A stretch of DNA of 64,000 nucleotides from Vicugna vicugna. Taxonomy: Eukaryota. The notes beneath the pieces were generated by a model. That model had not been told where the DNA came from. It did not search any database and saw only the letters and a list, made by a program, of their open reading frames with translations. A program made the position numbers and the translations under genes. The DNA is taken from the NCBI GenBank assembly GCA_013265495.1, contig MU063888.1, positions 3,422,040 to 3,486,039 of the forward strand, written 5' to 3'. Shown one piece after another: positions 1 to 13,620 of the stretch. Every line of letters begins with the position of its first letter. Position 1 is the stretch's first letter.

Positions 1-3000
1 TCAAATTTAGCATTGTGATTATTTAGCATTTGATTATTATTTGAAGGGTGGCAAATAATATCTGACAGGGGGTGAGCCTGACTAGTGCTCTGAGGGAAAA
101 CCAGAGAGCTGGAAGGGCTACGAAGGACACCTACACTGGGAGGGTGTGAGAAGGATGAATCTGGAAAAAGGAAGAAAGGAAGAAGGTGGGGTATTGGGTA
201 CAGTTAGTGCTAAGGCTTTACTTACGGGATATCCTGGGGATGTGGCAAGAGGTTACCTGAGCAGAGATGGCTGATGCAGTGTGTGGGGAGATGACGGGGG
301 CAGTGGTTGGGGCAGGGTTTTCTAGCCAAGGGCGATGGAGCCGGGTTTCTTAGCTTCTAGAGGAGCATCCTCTTTTGGAGAATATTTTACACCTGCATTT
401 TTGTAATATCTCCTTTTTGGGGAATCTGAGAGTTTCTGAAGCGTGAGGACCAACTTCATTGAGGGTAAAGCCTTGAGGGGTGGGGTAGCCGGAGCCCCAG
501 ATCAGGCTTGTCCCCCGTGGCTCTCCAGTTAGCAGCAGGCGTGGTGTCCCCAACGAACAAAGCCATGTGGATTCCAAGAGAGATGGATTGGGGGGAAAAA
601 TCTAAACTATCTATCTAAATTTTAGGAAAAAATAACAATAGTCTTCATTAGAAACAAAATATAGTACCGAAGACTTTCTTTGATCAAGCAGCTACCTTCA
701 TGCTTGCTTACTTTCATTTCCATTGCAAACATCAGGTATCAGTCTATTAATTAAACTGAAATAATATGATCAGAATGATAATAATATGTATTATTTATCA
801 TGTACCATTTACATCATATGAGTTTATGGACTTTCTGTAAATATTCAATCCATTTTCATTTCCCAAACACACAAATGTGATTCTGTGTAAATCACTCCTT
901 TGTAGCTTGGAAGGACAGGTATTTTTAAATCTTTTTTATTTTTCCAAAAGAAAACAAAAATGAGAATAAAAGAAGTAAAAAATATGCTAGAAACCAAGTG
1001 GAAGTTAAATATAATCCTGTGTTATTTAGTGTTGTCCTCTGGTTTTCCCCCAAAGCACTAGTCAGGCTCACCACCCTGTCAAATATTATTTGCCACCCTT
1101 CAAATAATAATCAAATGCTACATGATCACAATGTTAAGCTTGATAATCATTCTTTAATTCTGTGTTAATAATTCTGTATTATTTAAGTTACATATACTTC
1201 TGATGAAAACAGATTTCATTAGTAATTTCTAGGTATACTTGAAAAGTAAACTTGAGTTATTCTATGTAAGTAGTTGGAGTCTAATAAATTAGATTCAAAT
1301 CTGCTTGTCATCATCGGCTAATGGAAAGTCCTGCCAATCGTAAAAATATTACTGCATCCTAATAGAAATGGAAGTATTGTGAGAGGATACTGTAGCCAGG
1401 GGAGTGGAATTTAGAATCGTTCATGACCAGGAAATCACAAGTTCCTTATTGAAGGAGTGATATATTATTGACTTCTGCATCTAATATAGCTCCTCATATT
1501 TGACAATAAAAATTGGAAGGAAAGTAGTTTAAATCCTGGCAGAAATTATGTGTCCCTGACACCTAATTTTCCAAGCTGAGATCAGGATCCTTTGCAATTA
1601 ACTTCCTAAAGGAATTACATGGATGATTACGCAATATTTTTGGTAACGAGGAAATGTTAGCTCACTAAATTAAAGTCTCAGGAAGTAAACCTCTACGAGA
1701 CATGTGATGTTGATGATTACCAAAAAAATGACATTCGAACTGTATCTTAAAAGATAATGAATGCCCTTTAGGTCGTTGAGTCATTTTTAAAATTACTTAA
1801 TTAAAAAAAGTAAGAAGGATGTTTGGTAACTCAGGTTATATCTTTACTTCCAGAGTCAATTAAAGCAATTATTCAAATTTTTAACTCCACTACCTTCTAA
1901 TTGGTTATAGATGGTCCAAGTTAGTTATTTGCCTAAATTTTTCTGAATATTTGCTTCCACTGACTACATGTAAAATGTAGACAGTAGTTTCATGTGCAGG
2001 GCTTTTTCCTGATGATGGAGCAAGTTGGCTTTAGAGGAAGCGGTCCTATTTTTAACTTCTTTAATCCTCTGATTTCCTTTCTCCTCCTGAGTGTATGCCT
2101 TACTCTTGGAAAGGGAACAGAAAAGGTGAGAGTATCTGTGAAGCTGACACCAAAGTAGCGGGGCTTTGGGACCTCAGTGTGATCACCGTTGACTAGGTAT
2201 TGATACGGAATATTCTAATACCATTCTAAAGTCTGAACTTGACACTAGACCACATTCAACTTTGACCTAAGAGCTTGGTGTACCCATCTGATATTTAAGA
2301 CAGAAAATCTAAAGGACAACACTAAATACTACCATGATGTTTAAATCAGGCAATCAGAATGCCGTCTACTTGGAAAGTGATTTCATACTACTCCATTTCT
2401 TTTAAAAGATCTTAATCCCTGCATAGTCTATGATTTACCACAAAGACTCCTCATGATTTGGGATCGTTTTACTCTGTTTAACCTGGTTCTATCACAATTT
2501 GTGGGAAAATGAGTTATACTGGCCAAGCTGCACGATTCACGCAGTCTAAAAACAATCTAAGTGTCACTGAATAAGGAGAGAGCCATCAAGCCTCCTTGAG
2601 GGGCATGTGGGATGTTCTGCCAGGATTTGTTACTACCATATTTATTGTCTTCACTCACTGGCCTCTGACCCACATGTCAGCAAAATTGCAAAATGTCTTT
2701 GGGTCACTCACTTATGCCTGAAACTAACACTCTTTAGTCCAGAAATGCCAGATTTTCTGGTGAGAATAACATTTGAAAGATGCCTTCCACTACTTCAAAA
2801 CACACAGTGTTATTATTTCCTGCCCTAAGGGATACTGTTCCTTTTGAAAACCAATTTTTAGAAATTAGATATTTTTCAATATTTGGTATGTCCTTAAACC
2901 AAGGTACAATGTCAGCTATAACATATTGTATACATTTCAAAAAAAGTATAGCTTTTTTTTTACGAGCAGTTCTATAATCTGGCTTTAAAATGCTGCAAAA

Positions 3001-3346
3001 TAAAATATTTTTCTGTGAGAAAGGCTATTATGGGGTTCATTGGGTAAACCACCCATAATTTTTTTTCTTTTTTGTTTTTTAAGATATACATTTAGCTGCT
3101 GCTGCTTTGGGGATGAAGAAAACCCTTAATTAATGTTCCCATAACTTCTATTTTTTGTCATCCTACTTATAATTAGTTGAGTCATTATAAGAAAGTGACT
3201 TATAAACAAACCTAAGTAATTGTTTTGAATAATGTTTACTTTGTGTCTTATACATGTATATTTGATAATCTTTGATAATCTTTACATTTGCCTGAAAGAT
3301 ATGCCTTCAAGTACTAGCCATTAATTACTAGAAACAGTATTACATT

Positions 3347-3522
3347 TTATAAAACACCTTAAGTGGAGCCTCCAGGTTGGTGAACACATGGAGGTTTGGG
3401 GAGAATGTCACACTCGGTCAGGGCACAGAGGCTTCCTGCCCCTTCCCCATACCTTGCCCTCTGCATCTCTTCCACCTGGCTGTTCCTCAATTACATCTTT
3501 TTGTAATAAACTGGTGATCTAG
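3347..3522 (+). mobile_element. MER21-like LTR fragment
   Basis: 'ccaggttggtgaacacatggagg...ccccataccttgccctctgcatctcttccacctggctgttcct...taataaactgg' resembles my recollection of the MER21 LTR 3' half. Confidence 0.6.
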
Positions 3523-4425
3523 TGTCCTTATAAGAAGGAGACAGAGAGGTTTGACTGCAGAACAAAAGAAGCAGACACTGTGACAGCTGAGGCAAGATGC
3601 TATGTTGCTGGCTTTGAAGATGAAGGAGGGGGCCTCCAGCCAGAAATGCATGTGAGACAGGAAGGAAAGGGGTTAGGGCACAAACATGAAAAGAATGACA
3701 CAGCCACTGAGAAAAACAGGATAGGACAAAACTGGTTAGAACCTACCAGGCCCAAGATGGCAAAAGATTCGACTTCCAGTAGACCTTGAGCCTCATTATA
3801 ATGCACTAGGATGCTAAATGCTACACTCACAGGCACCATGACAGTTCTGAGGCTGACCATAAAGGCCAAAAAGTGGGCAGGGGCCCAATTCCTGGAAATC
3901 CCAGTCCCTTCCCCAAAACAGTGGGAATAATCTTCCCACTCATCAGCATGAGAAATTACCCAGCCCATAAAAACTAACCAGCCCTCTACCCTGAGGCCAC
4001 TCTCCTTTCTGAGATGGACCAGACAGCATTCTGTGGAATGGGTACCTCCTGGGGCCTCTCTTGCCTTCTGAGATGGCCCACGCTCTGTCTGTGGAGTGTG
4101 TATCTCCCCGAATAAATCCACTTTCACTTTACTATGGCTCATTCCTGAATTCTTTTCTGCAAAAAGCCATGGGCCCTCACTTGGCAGGGTGCCTCCCAAG
4201 GACTCTCCTAAGACCCGGGAAATGGCCATCCTCTCATGCCCCACTCTCCTGCTACACATGGAATGAAGTCCTAGAAGCCGGAGAAAAGATGCTCCCTAGA
4301 ACCTCCAGAAGGAGCATGGCTTTGAGGACACCTCGATGTTGTCCCAGTAAAGGTGACTTCAAACTCTCATCTCCAGAGCTGTTAAGACAATGAATGTGTG
4401 TGGTTTTAAGCCAACAAGCCAAATA
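3523..4425 (+). mobile_element. MLT1 (MaLR) LTR split into 3523-3648 and 4261-4425 by a younger LTR
   Basis: The left piece 'gtccttataagaagg...gctggctttgaagatgaagg' and right piece 'ctagaagccggag...cctagaacctccagaagg...gtgtggttttaagcca' read as consecutive MLT1 segments. Confidence 0.75.
3653..4256 (+). mobile_element. ERV1-class solo LTR (604 bp), sense to PTPRO
   Basis: TG...CA termini and a 4-bp TSD CATG (3649-3652 and 4257-4260). TATA-like CATAAAAA at 3966. AATAAA at 4111 followed by a U5-like 'ctttcactttact...gaattcttt'. Confidence 0.85.
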
Positions 4426-4838
4426 ATAAAACAAAACAAAACCCTTTCTCTACTTACAGAAAAATACAGGCCAATGAATAGATGTTCTTATTACATTTGA
4501 TGATTGGGTGTATTTTATAGTGGATGATTATGTTCTTTGACTAAACATACATTATTAGATTTTAAAATCACACTCTTTTTGAGATTAAACAAAGTTTTTA
4601 AGTGATTAAAGGATTTTAAGTGGGAAAATACTGCTTTTGAGCAAAGCGTTCCACAGCTAAAGAGGTTTAGAAATACTGAGTCGGCATCAAGTGACATATT
4701 GAAATTTAAAGTTTAAGCATCAACATACTAAAGAAATATTGCCACTTATCTGATAAGTACAAAGCACAAATTGCACGGTAATTAGAAGAGAAACAACTGA
4801 TCTTTACCCCATCTGCTCGTACAGTTATTTATCCAGTT

Positions 4839-5105
4839 CAGTGTTTACCAGACTGGTCTAATCATAACAATCTCCTGGGTCCCTTGTTAAAACCCGGATT
4901 CCTAGAAATAATTTAACACATCCTGACAAATGTTTAGGAAATGTGAGATCTCCTGTTTGCATTAGAAGTGAGTGCCTTAAACTCTACATATGAATGATAT
5001 TCATGAGATTTAGGAATCCTATTAAAATGCAGATTTAGATTCATTTATCACAAACCCCTAAATGATACAAGTGGTGCCATTCTCTAGGTCCCACGCTCAG
5101 TTAGA
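4839..5105. mobile_element. Degenerate MER5-like (hAT-Charlie) fragments
   Basis: 'aatctcctgggtcccttgttaaaacccggattcct' and 'ttaaaatgcagatt...aaacccctaaatgat' resemble MER5 motifs, heavily diverged. Confidence 0.4.
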
Positions 5106-7460
5106 AGCATGCAAACCTCTGGCGCAGGGCCCCGCATCTAGCAGGTCCTGAGCAAACGTTCATGGCTCAATCAGAATCTAGCTGGGTGCACTGGCATGAA
5201 ACATTGCCTTTTCTTTTCTTCTTTATTCTGCCTTCTCTTAACTGAATCCTCTGCCAAAAAAAAAAAAAAAAAGCCCCCCCCCAAACTAACAAAAAAACTT
5301 ATTTTATTCTAGTAAATTAAGCGTTTAGGCTTGTTCTGTTGGAAGTGTGCCCTTGCTGTTCAGTGTCCTCCTAATGGTCTGATTCATACTTTTGACAGTA
5401 TTTATTTCAAATTTTAATTTATTTAGCTGCTTCAGTCATAGTATGAATTATGTTTTAGGGTGGCTCTTGTTCATCACAATTACCTTGGCCAGAAAATCAA
5501 TTATCTGATTGCTTGAAGAGAAGCAAGACATTTTATTCTTAAAAGCACAAAAAAGGGGAGGAAACGGATGAGATTTATTTTTCCTTGCAAGAGGAAATTT
5601 AGTCATCCAATATAGCTATTTAAGAAAGTACCATTCTCGAATCTATACTTGATTTTCTATGCCAAATTGGTCTAAATCCATCCAATTATTTCTTAAGACT
5701 ATAATGTTACCGTGGAGAGTGTGAGGCCAACACTGCCCATTAATTTCTTCAGAAATAAGCTCAAAAGCTAACTCCACCAAGATGGTGCAGAATCTAGCAA
5801 GCATTTAGTGCATGAGAAGTTCTAATAAGAAAAAAGGTGGTGAGCTGGCACAGCTAAGATGGAGAGGCTAAGAAAGAACACAGACAGGATACAGAGACAG
5901 CTGCCGTGCACACTTCACAGGAAAACACTCAGATTTTGGAAAATCCATAAATAACCCAAATTGTTTTCCTTGCTGACCCATCCAGCTGCCCAGGGGCAAA
6001 GTGCCCTAAATGGTCTCTTTGCTGTCTCCCAGCTAATCAGTAGCTTTCTCAAGAGAAGGTAAGAGAAACTTACTGTTTCAAATTGTCCCCACATTTCCTT
6101 CTTTTCTCCATTTTCTCTTCTATAAACCAGGGTTTTTGTTAGACAAGATGAATGTATGATACACTCTACTGATTAAGTAAAATAATACGCCAAGAATTAA
6201 ATATATGTCTTTCTACTATTCTTTGGAAAAAGAAGTAAGTGTTTAGTTTGAAGAACTAGCTAAATATAATTATGGTAGCCAGCCTCAATTATCGAAAGGC
6301 TGTCATGAAGAAGAGAGAAGTTTCCTTTTTGCTATAGAAAAAGAAAATTATATCAACAAGGGTCAATCACATGATAAAGAGCTTTTTATCATCAGGACCC
6401 CAATGACATCCATTTTCATTCAAGGACTGTGTAACTCAGATGTGGGGCAAACAGCATTTATCCTGTTTAATCTCTAATTTATTCTTCCATCAGTCCTGTA
6501 AGCAGTGGACCACTTGAGGCCGGGGATGATTTCTTCTTCATCTTCGTGTTGCTTGTATCTGTACAGTGTCTAGCTCATGTTCACTGAACACATTTTATTG
6601 AGCAGCACTGAAAGGCACAGACTCAAGACTTTGGAACCTTTGCCAGTGCCATGTCCTTGACACGGTGAACGAACGAATGAATCACGAGTCTCAAGCTTAC
6701 TGAACGTTTCCCACTTGCTGTGATTCATGGTCATGATTCTTGGCTTCCCTCTGCTAATCTGATTTCTCAGGATCTTTATCGACAGGCCTCTGTTAGGAAA
6801 CGACAGTTTGTTTACATCCTGGCAGCGGTTTCGCCACTTTCTCTTTTCTTGGCAACTCAACATGCTTTTCTCCGTGACTAAGTGGAACTGGGCGGTATTT
6901 TCTCTAAGTTGTAAACAGCAACACTCGAGTTCCCTGGCTTTCTCTTCATTACCTTTCTGAATCTGCCCTTGTGTCAGTGCTTGGCCAGAGACAAACAGTA
7001 ATAGAAAAATCAATATACCGTATGAGGAGAAATGGAAAAGTGGCCAGGATATAAATTCTATATTGAGTTTCTGTCTATACGTACTGATACAGATTGGATG
7101 TAGTTGAAAGATTCTTTAATTCTTATTTATTCTAGCCCTGTTCATGCCTTCCTGAGAGCCGGGGGATTCTAAACTCAGGTGCTTTATGGAACCATCTGAA
7201 CAAATTCATGGGAATGGTCAAGTCCATTATTTCTACACAGTCCAACTAAATGCAAAGGAAGCCAGCACTAGGTTAAAAATTAATGAATAATACCTGTGCA
7301 AATATAGACATCAATAAGTGAATTCTACACATATTACTTATGAATTTTTAATAACTTTGAATACAACAGTTAGATAGAGGATATGTAATTCATTAAAACA
7401 GTAAAAATGTATATTGAGAATGACTGAACCCAATTTGCTATAATAATGTATGCAATGAAT

Positions 7461-7581
7461 AACCTTTAATGAAAAAGAATACAAAAACGAATACATGTAT
7501 GTATATGCATGACTGGGACACTGTGCTGTACACCAGAAACTGACACATTGTAATTGAATACACTTCAATAATAATAAAAAA
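7461..7581 (+). mobile_element. 5'-truncated L1 3' end (121 bp)
   Basis: 'catgactgggacactgtgctgtacaccagaaactgacacattgtaattg' plus an A-rich tail. Perfect 19-bp TSD AATAATGTATGCAATGAAT at 7442-7460 and 7582-7600. Confidence 0.9.
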
Positions 7582-7639
7582 AATAATGTATGCAATGAAT
7601 TGGAAATACCATAAACATATCATGACTTAGTGTGACTTG

Positions 7640-7778
7640 TTAAAAGTCTGGAATTGTCTGGAAGCTCATTAAAAATGTAGAAACTAGGGCCTGCCCCAGA
7701 CTGACTAAATTAGAATCGAATTCTTAACAAGGTCCCCAGGAGACTTGCACACACATTATGTCTGAGATGTTACTCTAA
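7640..7778. mobile_element. MER5A-like hAT-Charlie fragment
   Basis: 'attaaaaatgtagaaactagggcctgccccagactgactaaattagaatc...ttaacaaggtccccaggagacttg' follows the MER5 pattern. Confidence 0.55.
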
Positions 7779-8679
7779 CAAGTTCCTGGTAAGTATTGAC
7801 CACACTCCAATTCCTTCTCACAAAGGAGCTGATGGTAGAGTCTTAACCAGAGTAATTAAAGGAATGTAACTGAAGGACAGGAACGCTGTTCTGTTCTAAT
7901 TTCTCTTTTCTATCTGCCCTGCCTCCGAAGCCTACGCTGAACTGGGCTTCTTCAGGGCCATTAACACTAAGATTTAGACTCTCCTTAAGCATGCTTTCCA
8001 ATTACAGCCTTTGTAAACTGGGTCCATCACTGATAACGCTCAACAAGGCGGGATGTAGTCCAGGGCAGTGCAGTCCCAAGCAAGGTCAGAAGTCTAGCTG
8101 CCCGTCTGGGAACAATTTCCTACTAGCCTGCAGCCGGAGAAGGACCTTGGTAGAATGATATAGGACCTTGTGCCAGAATATAAATTACCTACATCACTAG
8201 GCATGCTCTCAATTTCAGCTACTATCTTTTTCTTGGCAAGACTTTTTCAATGAAGGCAACAGTGTGCTGCTTTCCATTCAAGCACAAGCTTGAGGACCTC
8301 GTTATAGACAAGAACTCTGGGGTGCACAGGCAAAGAGATGAAATGCAGGGGGCCTCTCTACTCCCCACAATGTGAACATGCTTCATCACCCCAAGTTCTT
8401 CATACTATAGCACAGATTAATTACTAATGTAAAGTAACTTCCCTGTTACTGCTTCATGTCCACTGTATTCGCTGCTAGATTCCTGGGACCTGGAACAGCG
8501 AGGAGCTTAAACAGATGTCTGCTGAATGAGTGATCTGCCTGATTCAATTCCTGTTCTTGTGGTTTTCTTGTTTCCTGGCTTGGATTATAAGCTTTCCGAG
8601 GTGTAGATATAATTGGTCTTCCTTAAAGGGTCTTCAGCGGAAGTGATCGTAGGGACCAGTCACACTATACACACGCGCA

Positions 8680-8682
<3 letters not shown>

Positions 8683-8714
<32 letters not shown>
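8683..8714. repeat. (AC)16 microsatellite
   Basis: Direct reading of the sequence. Confidence 0.95.
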
Positions 8715-8717
<3 letters not shown>

Positions 8718-11700
8718 TAATGTAATAGAAGTAGAAACCTGTGATACTTTTGAAAGTTTCAAGAGTCAGACCTTGCATGATAGGTGACACATTTTGTACA
8801 ATGTAAAATGTACAGCGTTACTAATGCACATTAAACTAGTTAGACTTTCAAGTCAGAGTTCACCAAAGATCAAAATAGATGTCATTTTGAAAGAACAAAG
8901 GTGAGTTAGAAGCATAGACCAAAGAGGCACAGATCAGCTCTGAGCTTTTGCAAACATTCGTGTTCTCACTGAGAAAAGCCTCCTTCCCCTTCACTTGTGC
9001 CCACTGGTTCATTTATCATTTTAAGATGCTCCAGTGACAGTAAGAAGGGGGCTAATTGATGCGATCTAATTTTTCAGACTCAGGAGTTTTGAAGAAAGGT
9101 CAATGTAGCCATAGGCTCCCCATTAAAAATAGCATTTATAAAACGTCAGAAAAGAGTACATGCCAGAGGATGAAGCAATTCAGACTGCTTCCGCCTTCTT
9201 CAAGATCCCTGGAAATATGTTTATTTGTGACTTCTAGTGTGAAGCAGAAGAGGGTATGAAGTTCAAACATCAGGTTGGCTTTTACTAGCTCTGTGACCTT
9301 GGGCTGTACATTTTCAAAGTGGGACAGTATTAGCTCCTACTTCACTGTATTGTTGAGGATGTATGACATTCGTAGGACCACACCTGATTCATGATACATT
9401 CTTAAACATTTTGCCTATTATTATTAAAATCTAGTTACAAGAGAACAGTGAAAAAAATGCAAAGCCTTCCATTTAAGAAAAGGAAAAAAAAAAAAGGAAT
9501 TATTCCATTTAAGATATTTCTTTTGCCACAGAGTTGCTAAGTGAAGCTTTGCAAGGAATCCAAAATAATTTTCCCCAGGGGGTAGAATTTGGAAATCGCC
9601 AAACTGAGGATTTTGTAGCCACTACATAAATGCGAAGATGACGACTTGGTATAAGGATGTTAATTCTAATTCTAATTCTAATTCATTCTAATGAACGAAA
9701 TGGTGAAAAGTATCTTGAAAGATAATTATAATAATTATATTATATCTAGTTGAGTGTCTACTATGTGCCAAATGTTTTCTATATTAGTTTGAACCAAATA
9801 ACACAGCCAATATTTGACATTTTTAACCTGAGAAATGCCCATGGAATAAGGTTCAGCCTATATACATTTTTCTCACTCCTCCAAATAGCAGAATTCTCAT
9901 TTTTTCAGGAAGAAAATCAGGGCTTAGAGAAATTAGGTGACTTGTCTAAACCACACGCCTGTAAATTGACAGCACAGGGATGTGGCCCCAGGGTTTTGGG
10001 CTCATCTCATTAGTGGCTAATTCCAACATCCTTCTCATATTTCCTGGCCCTGTAAATAAGACAAGATATAAGAAATGTTTGCTATAATAAATGAGGGACT
10101 GGGCAATAAGATATAAAATATTTAGAAGAAGGTAAATATTTAGCAATTAATCAGACAGCACAAAGCAATGCTGCTGTTTTAGCAGAAAACATGGATTAAA
10201 GATGAGAGTCTCGTGTCACATAAAACTGAAGAACATTTCTCCTCCATGTAATAATGGGATAATTATCATCTATCAATTTCTGTGCATCCCATTTTACATC
10301 TCTCTCCCTAAGTGCTAAAAAGTTATGATCATATTGATATGCAAAGGCAAATTCTTATCTGTTTGCTTAACTTTTTAAGGGGAAGGTCAGAAAGAGAAAA
10401 TACGATGCATTTAGGGAGAGAATCATTTTAGAGAAAATGAAGACTGGGTGAAGGCAGGGTCACCTGGTGGAAAGCACCCCCTGCTGGGAGAGAGGAAGCT
10501 GCGCTCTCACCTACTCCCCACTGACTGCTGTGAACCCTGGGAGAACCCCTTACCTTCCGTGGGCCTCCAGTTCCTCTTGCATGAAACAAGGTGGCTGGAT
10601 GAGATGCTCTCAAAGGTTTCTTAGAGTTCCTATAATTTATTGATCTTACACGTTTAGACCATTAATTATCTTCCAAATTAATGCTTGGCAGAAGGTTAAG
10701 ATGTAAGAATAAACTGGTAAAACATGAATTAGCTCGTAATTGGAAATCTTTTCTGTATTTAATTATAGCCTATTTCATGTAGAAGTGTAAACTGAGATGA
10801 GCTGTGTTGGACCAGAGTGTGAAGTAAGTAGCTAAGTGCACTTAAATATTATTAGAGTTATTCTAATGACTATTATAAATCTTAAATATTTCTGAACAAT
10901 CAGATATCATTGACTACTCTGTTCATAAACCCAATTTTTCTGATTGCTTAAGCCTTAAGGTGAATGCAAACATTTTGATTCATTCCCATCTATCACATAA
11001 TTTGGGGAACATAGAGGGCTTTTTCGTTTTGTTTTGTTTTCACATTTGTGCAATGGCAGCTCAGTTTATTTGGTTTTAAGAGTTGCTTCTTGGCTTTCAG
11101 TATTATGCTGAATCAAAAGGCAAGAAATAGGGTAATCATAGGTTCACGCGCAACCATAGCTTCTGCCTGTCAATAGCCTAATTACTTCTCTAACCCATTT
11201 AGATGACTCAGACTTGATGCTGTGAATGCTGATGATAAGAGATGATGCTAGGGGCAGTTTATGGTAGTTCCATCCTGTCTTTCTGCTTTCACCCTCCTCC
11301 AGCTGAGAATTTAAGTGCAAAAGTCAGGGAAGAGTCTGGTCATCAAAAAAGAATTCATTAGCCTTTTAAAATATGACAGGCTAATAGGACAGGCAGCCAA
11401 CAACGAGAAGCACCTCTGACTTGCTGGACAGCATGTCCAATCATCAGCATTTTTCTAGCACTTCAGGCTGTAACTGAATATTCTCAAATAAATATTGTAA
11501 GAAAAGGAAATGCAGCGTATGTATCGCCTTTTCAGTGAAATATCTTTGCATTTATTTACAGACAGCACATTCTATTTTAAATCTTGTATGTATAGAACAT
11601 CAAAATTCACACATTTGACAAGGTAACTTGTTTTTCTGAAGAGGCTTTTTCCACTAGAGTATGACAATGGAAATTAAAAAATGACATTGATTGTTGCTTA

Positions 11701-11824
11701 AATATCCCACTTTCCTTTAACATTTGAAAATGTATGATTTATGTTTTAAATACGAATGGATCCGTTACTGTGGAATCAACTTGTAATTATCCATGAAAAC
11801 AGAAAGGAAGTATTTTAAAATAAA

Positions 11825-12275
11825 TACTTGTTCATCATTTACAAAGATTAAGTCCCTACTATGTGCTGGTCCTAAAGAAAGAAAGGAAGATTGTAATCTT
11901 TTGGGAGAGATGCACACAGAGTGATAAAACAAGTCAGGAGATGGTGATCAACCCACAGTTAATGTACAGATGAAAAAATAATGAGTGCATGAAACAAAGG
12001 TCTTTATTTCTCCCGAGAAGCTAAGGAAGATCTCCCAGAAGGGAAAACATCTGAGCTGACTCCTGAAGGATGTAGAGAATGTTCCCAGATGAAGAAAGGA
12101 CGTTTCAGCCAGAGGAAATATCAGCAGATGTTCAGGAGGTGTGTGACATATTCAGGAATGGATGTGAGGCCAGGGCAACTCAAGCGTAGTGGTGAGGGTG
12201 AGCTGGGGCCCCGCTGTGCTGGCCATTCGATGGGGACTGTCACCCCACAGGCCACCAGGTCTTACCTGGGAGGCT
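11825..12275 (-). mobile_element. L2 fragment
   Basis: 'ctactatgtgctgg' and 'catctgagctgactcctgaaggatgtaga...gacgtttcagccagaggaaa' are typical antisense L2 3'-region motifs. Confidence 0.6.
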
Positions 12276-12604
12276 AGAGAGGTGCCCCTCTTCTCCCTGA
12301 AGCATCAGTGCTTCCTTCCGAAAGCTGCAGTGATTTCACGACCATTTAAGTCTGTGTTTTCCCAATGACCAGAAGTTAGAGTGAGATTGAGCCACTTGGC
12401 TTCCATTTTCCTTTGATTTATATTTTTCACCTATTTTGCTCATACTTTGTTGTAGTTTGCTTTTGGACTTGTAGAAACTCATTACGAAGACTGACAGTCC
12501 CCATTTGTCATTTTTATGTGGTGCTTATGCTTCTACAGCATTTTGCCTGTGTTGTTATTTTGTCTGTGGTTCTACCCCGTACGTGAGTTTTATTTTTTAA
12601 GTCT

Positions 12605-12810
12605 AGCGAACAAACACTTGGGTGCCAGATATTTTTCTAATGTGACTTTAAACGTGTTAACATATTCAATCCTCACAACAACCCTAGGGGGAAGATATTA
12701 ATAATTCCAAGTTACAAGTAAGGAAACTGAACATGAGAGGTTTCATAACCTGTCAGTAGGTCTGAGTCCAGGACACATTCTAGAGTCCACACTTTCAGCC
12801 AGATGCTAAG
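12605..12810 (-). mobile_element. MIR
   Basis: 'aatcctcacaacaaccctag...aaggaaactgaacatgagagg' is the reverse of the MIR core. Confidence 0.7.
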
Positions 12811-13169
12811 CTGCTTTCTTTAAAACGTGACCCTCTGTTTCTTTTTTAATAATACTTCTATTTCATATCTCGTTAAACAAGACCTTTACAACTCAGAGAT
12901 TATAAAAATTACTTCCTAGACATTCTTATAATAATACTACAGTTCTGTGACTTTTTGCTTTAAAACTTAAATCAATTGACAACTCATTATTCTGCACAAT
13001 TTGAGTTAGAGACCATTTTTCCCCCTCAAATGTTACATCTTTTATTATATTAGCCACTGTTTCCCTCATTGATCTGAAATGGTAAATTCAAATCAAATAT
13101 GATAAAAGAGAAGAGTTGAAGTTGACTCCCACACTTTCAGATTTTGCAAAGGATGGATAGCAGATCCTT

Positions 13170-13620
13170 TTCTGAAATAGGGGAATACCAAATAAAAGTT
13201 AAGTTTAGGGGCGAGGTTTAGTTTGTTTTGAGAACTATGAGTTTGAAGTGTCTTTCAGACATTCGAGTAGGTATTTCAGGGAGGTGGCTGAGTACCCAGG
13301 TCTGGAGCTTGGAAGAAATACCAAGAGCAGGGAACCAGATCTGAGCGTGTTTAGCACGAGGGTTGGTAACTAAACCACAATTCCTGATGAATCACCAACA
13401 AAGACAGTAGAGAGGAGGAAACAATGAGAGTCTAAGATATGAATATAAAACAGGTGGAAGGAGCTGTCAGGGGGAGGCAGAGGCGACAGAGAGGACGGTT
13501 GGGCAGGCATGGGCTAGGGGAGGAGTCTGTGGTGTGACAGGAGCCCAGAGAAGAGCACGTAAAAGCACTAAGTAACGCCAGGTTCTACAGAGAAATCAAG
13601 AAGATGAGGGAAGGACGTGG
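13170..13620 (-). mobile_element. L2 fragment
   Basis: 'tgagtttgaagtgtctttcagacattcgagtagg...ggtctggagcttgga' is an L2-type motif. Confidence 0.6.

Noticed and set aside
3600-4259. 219-aa minus-strand ORF, the longest in the track
   Set aside because: It coincides with the antisense strand of the solo LTR, and the translation has no recognisable gag, pol or env motif.
6570-7013. 147-aa minus-strand ORF
   Set aside because: No recognisable domain, splice context or poly(A)/TSD signature of a retrocopy. Consistent with a chance frame.
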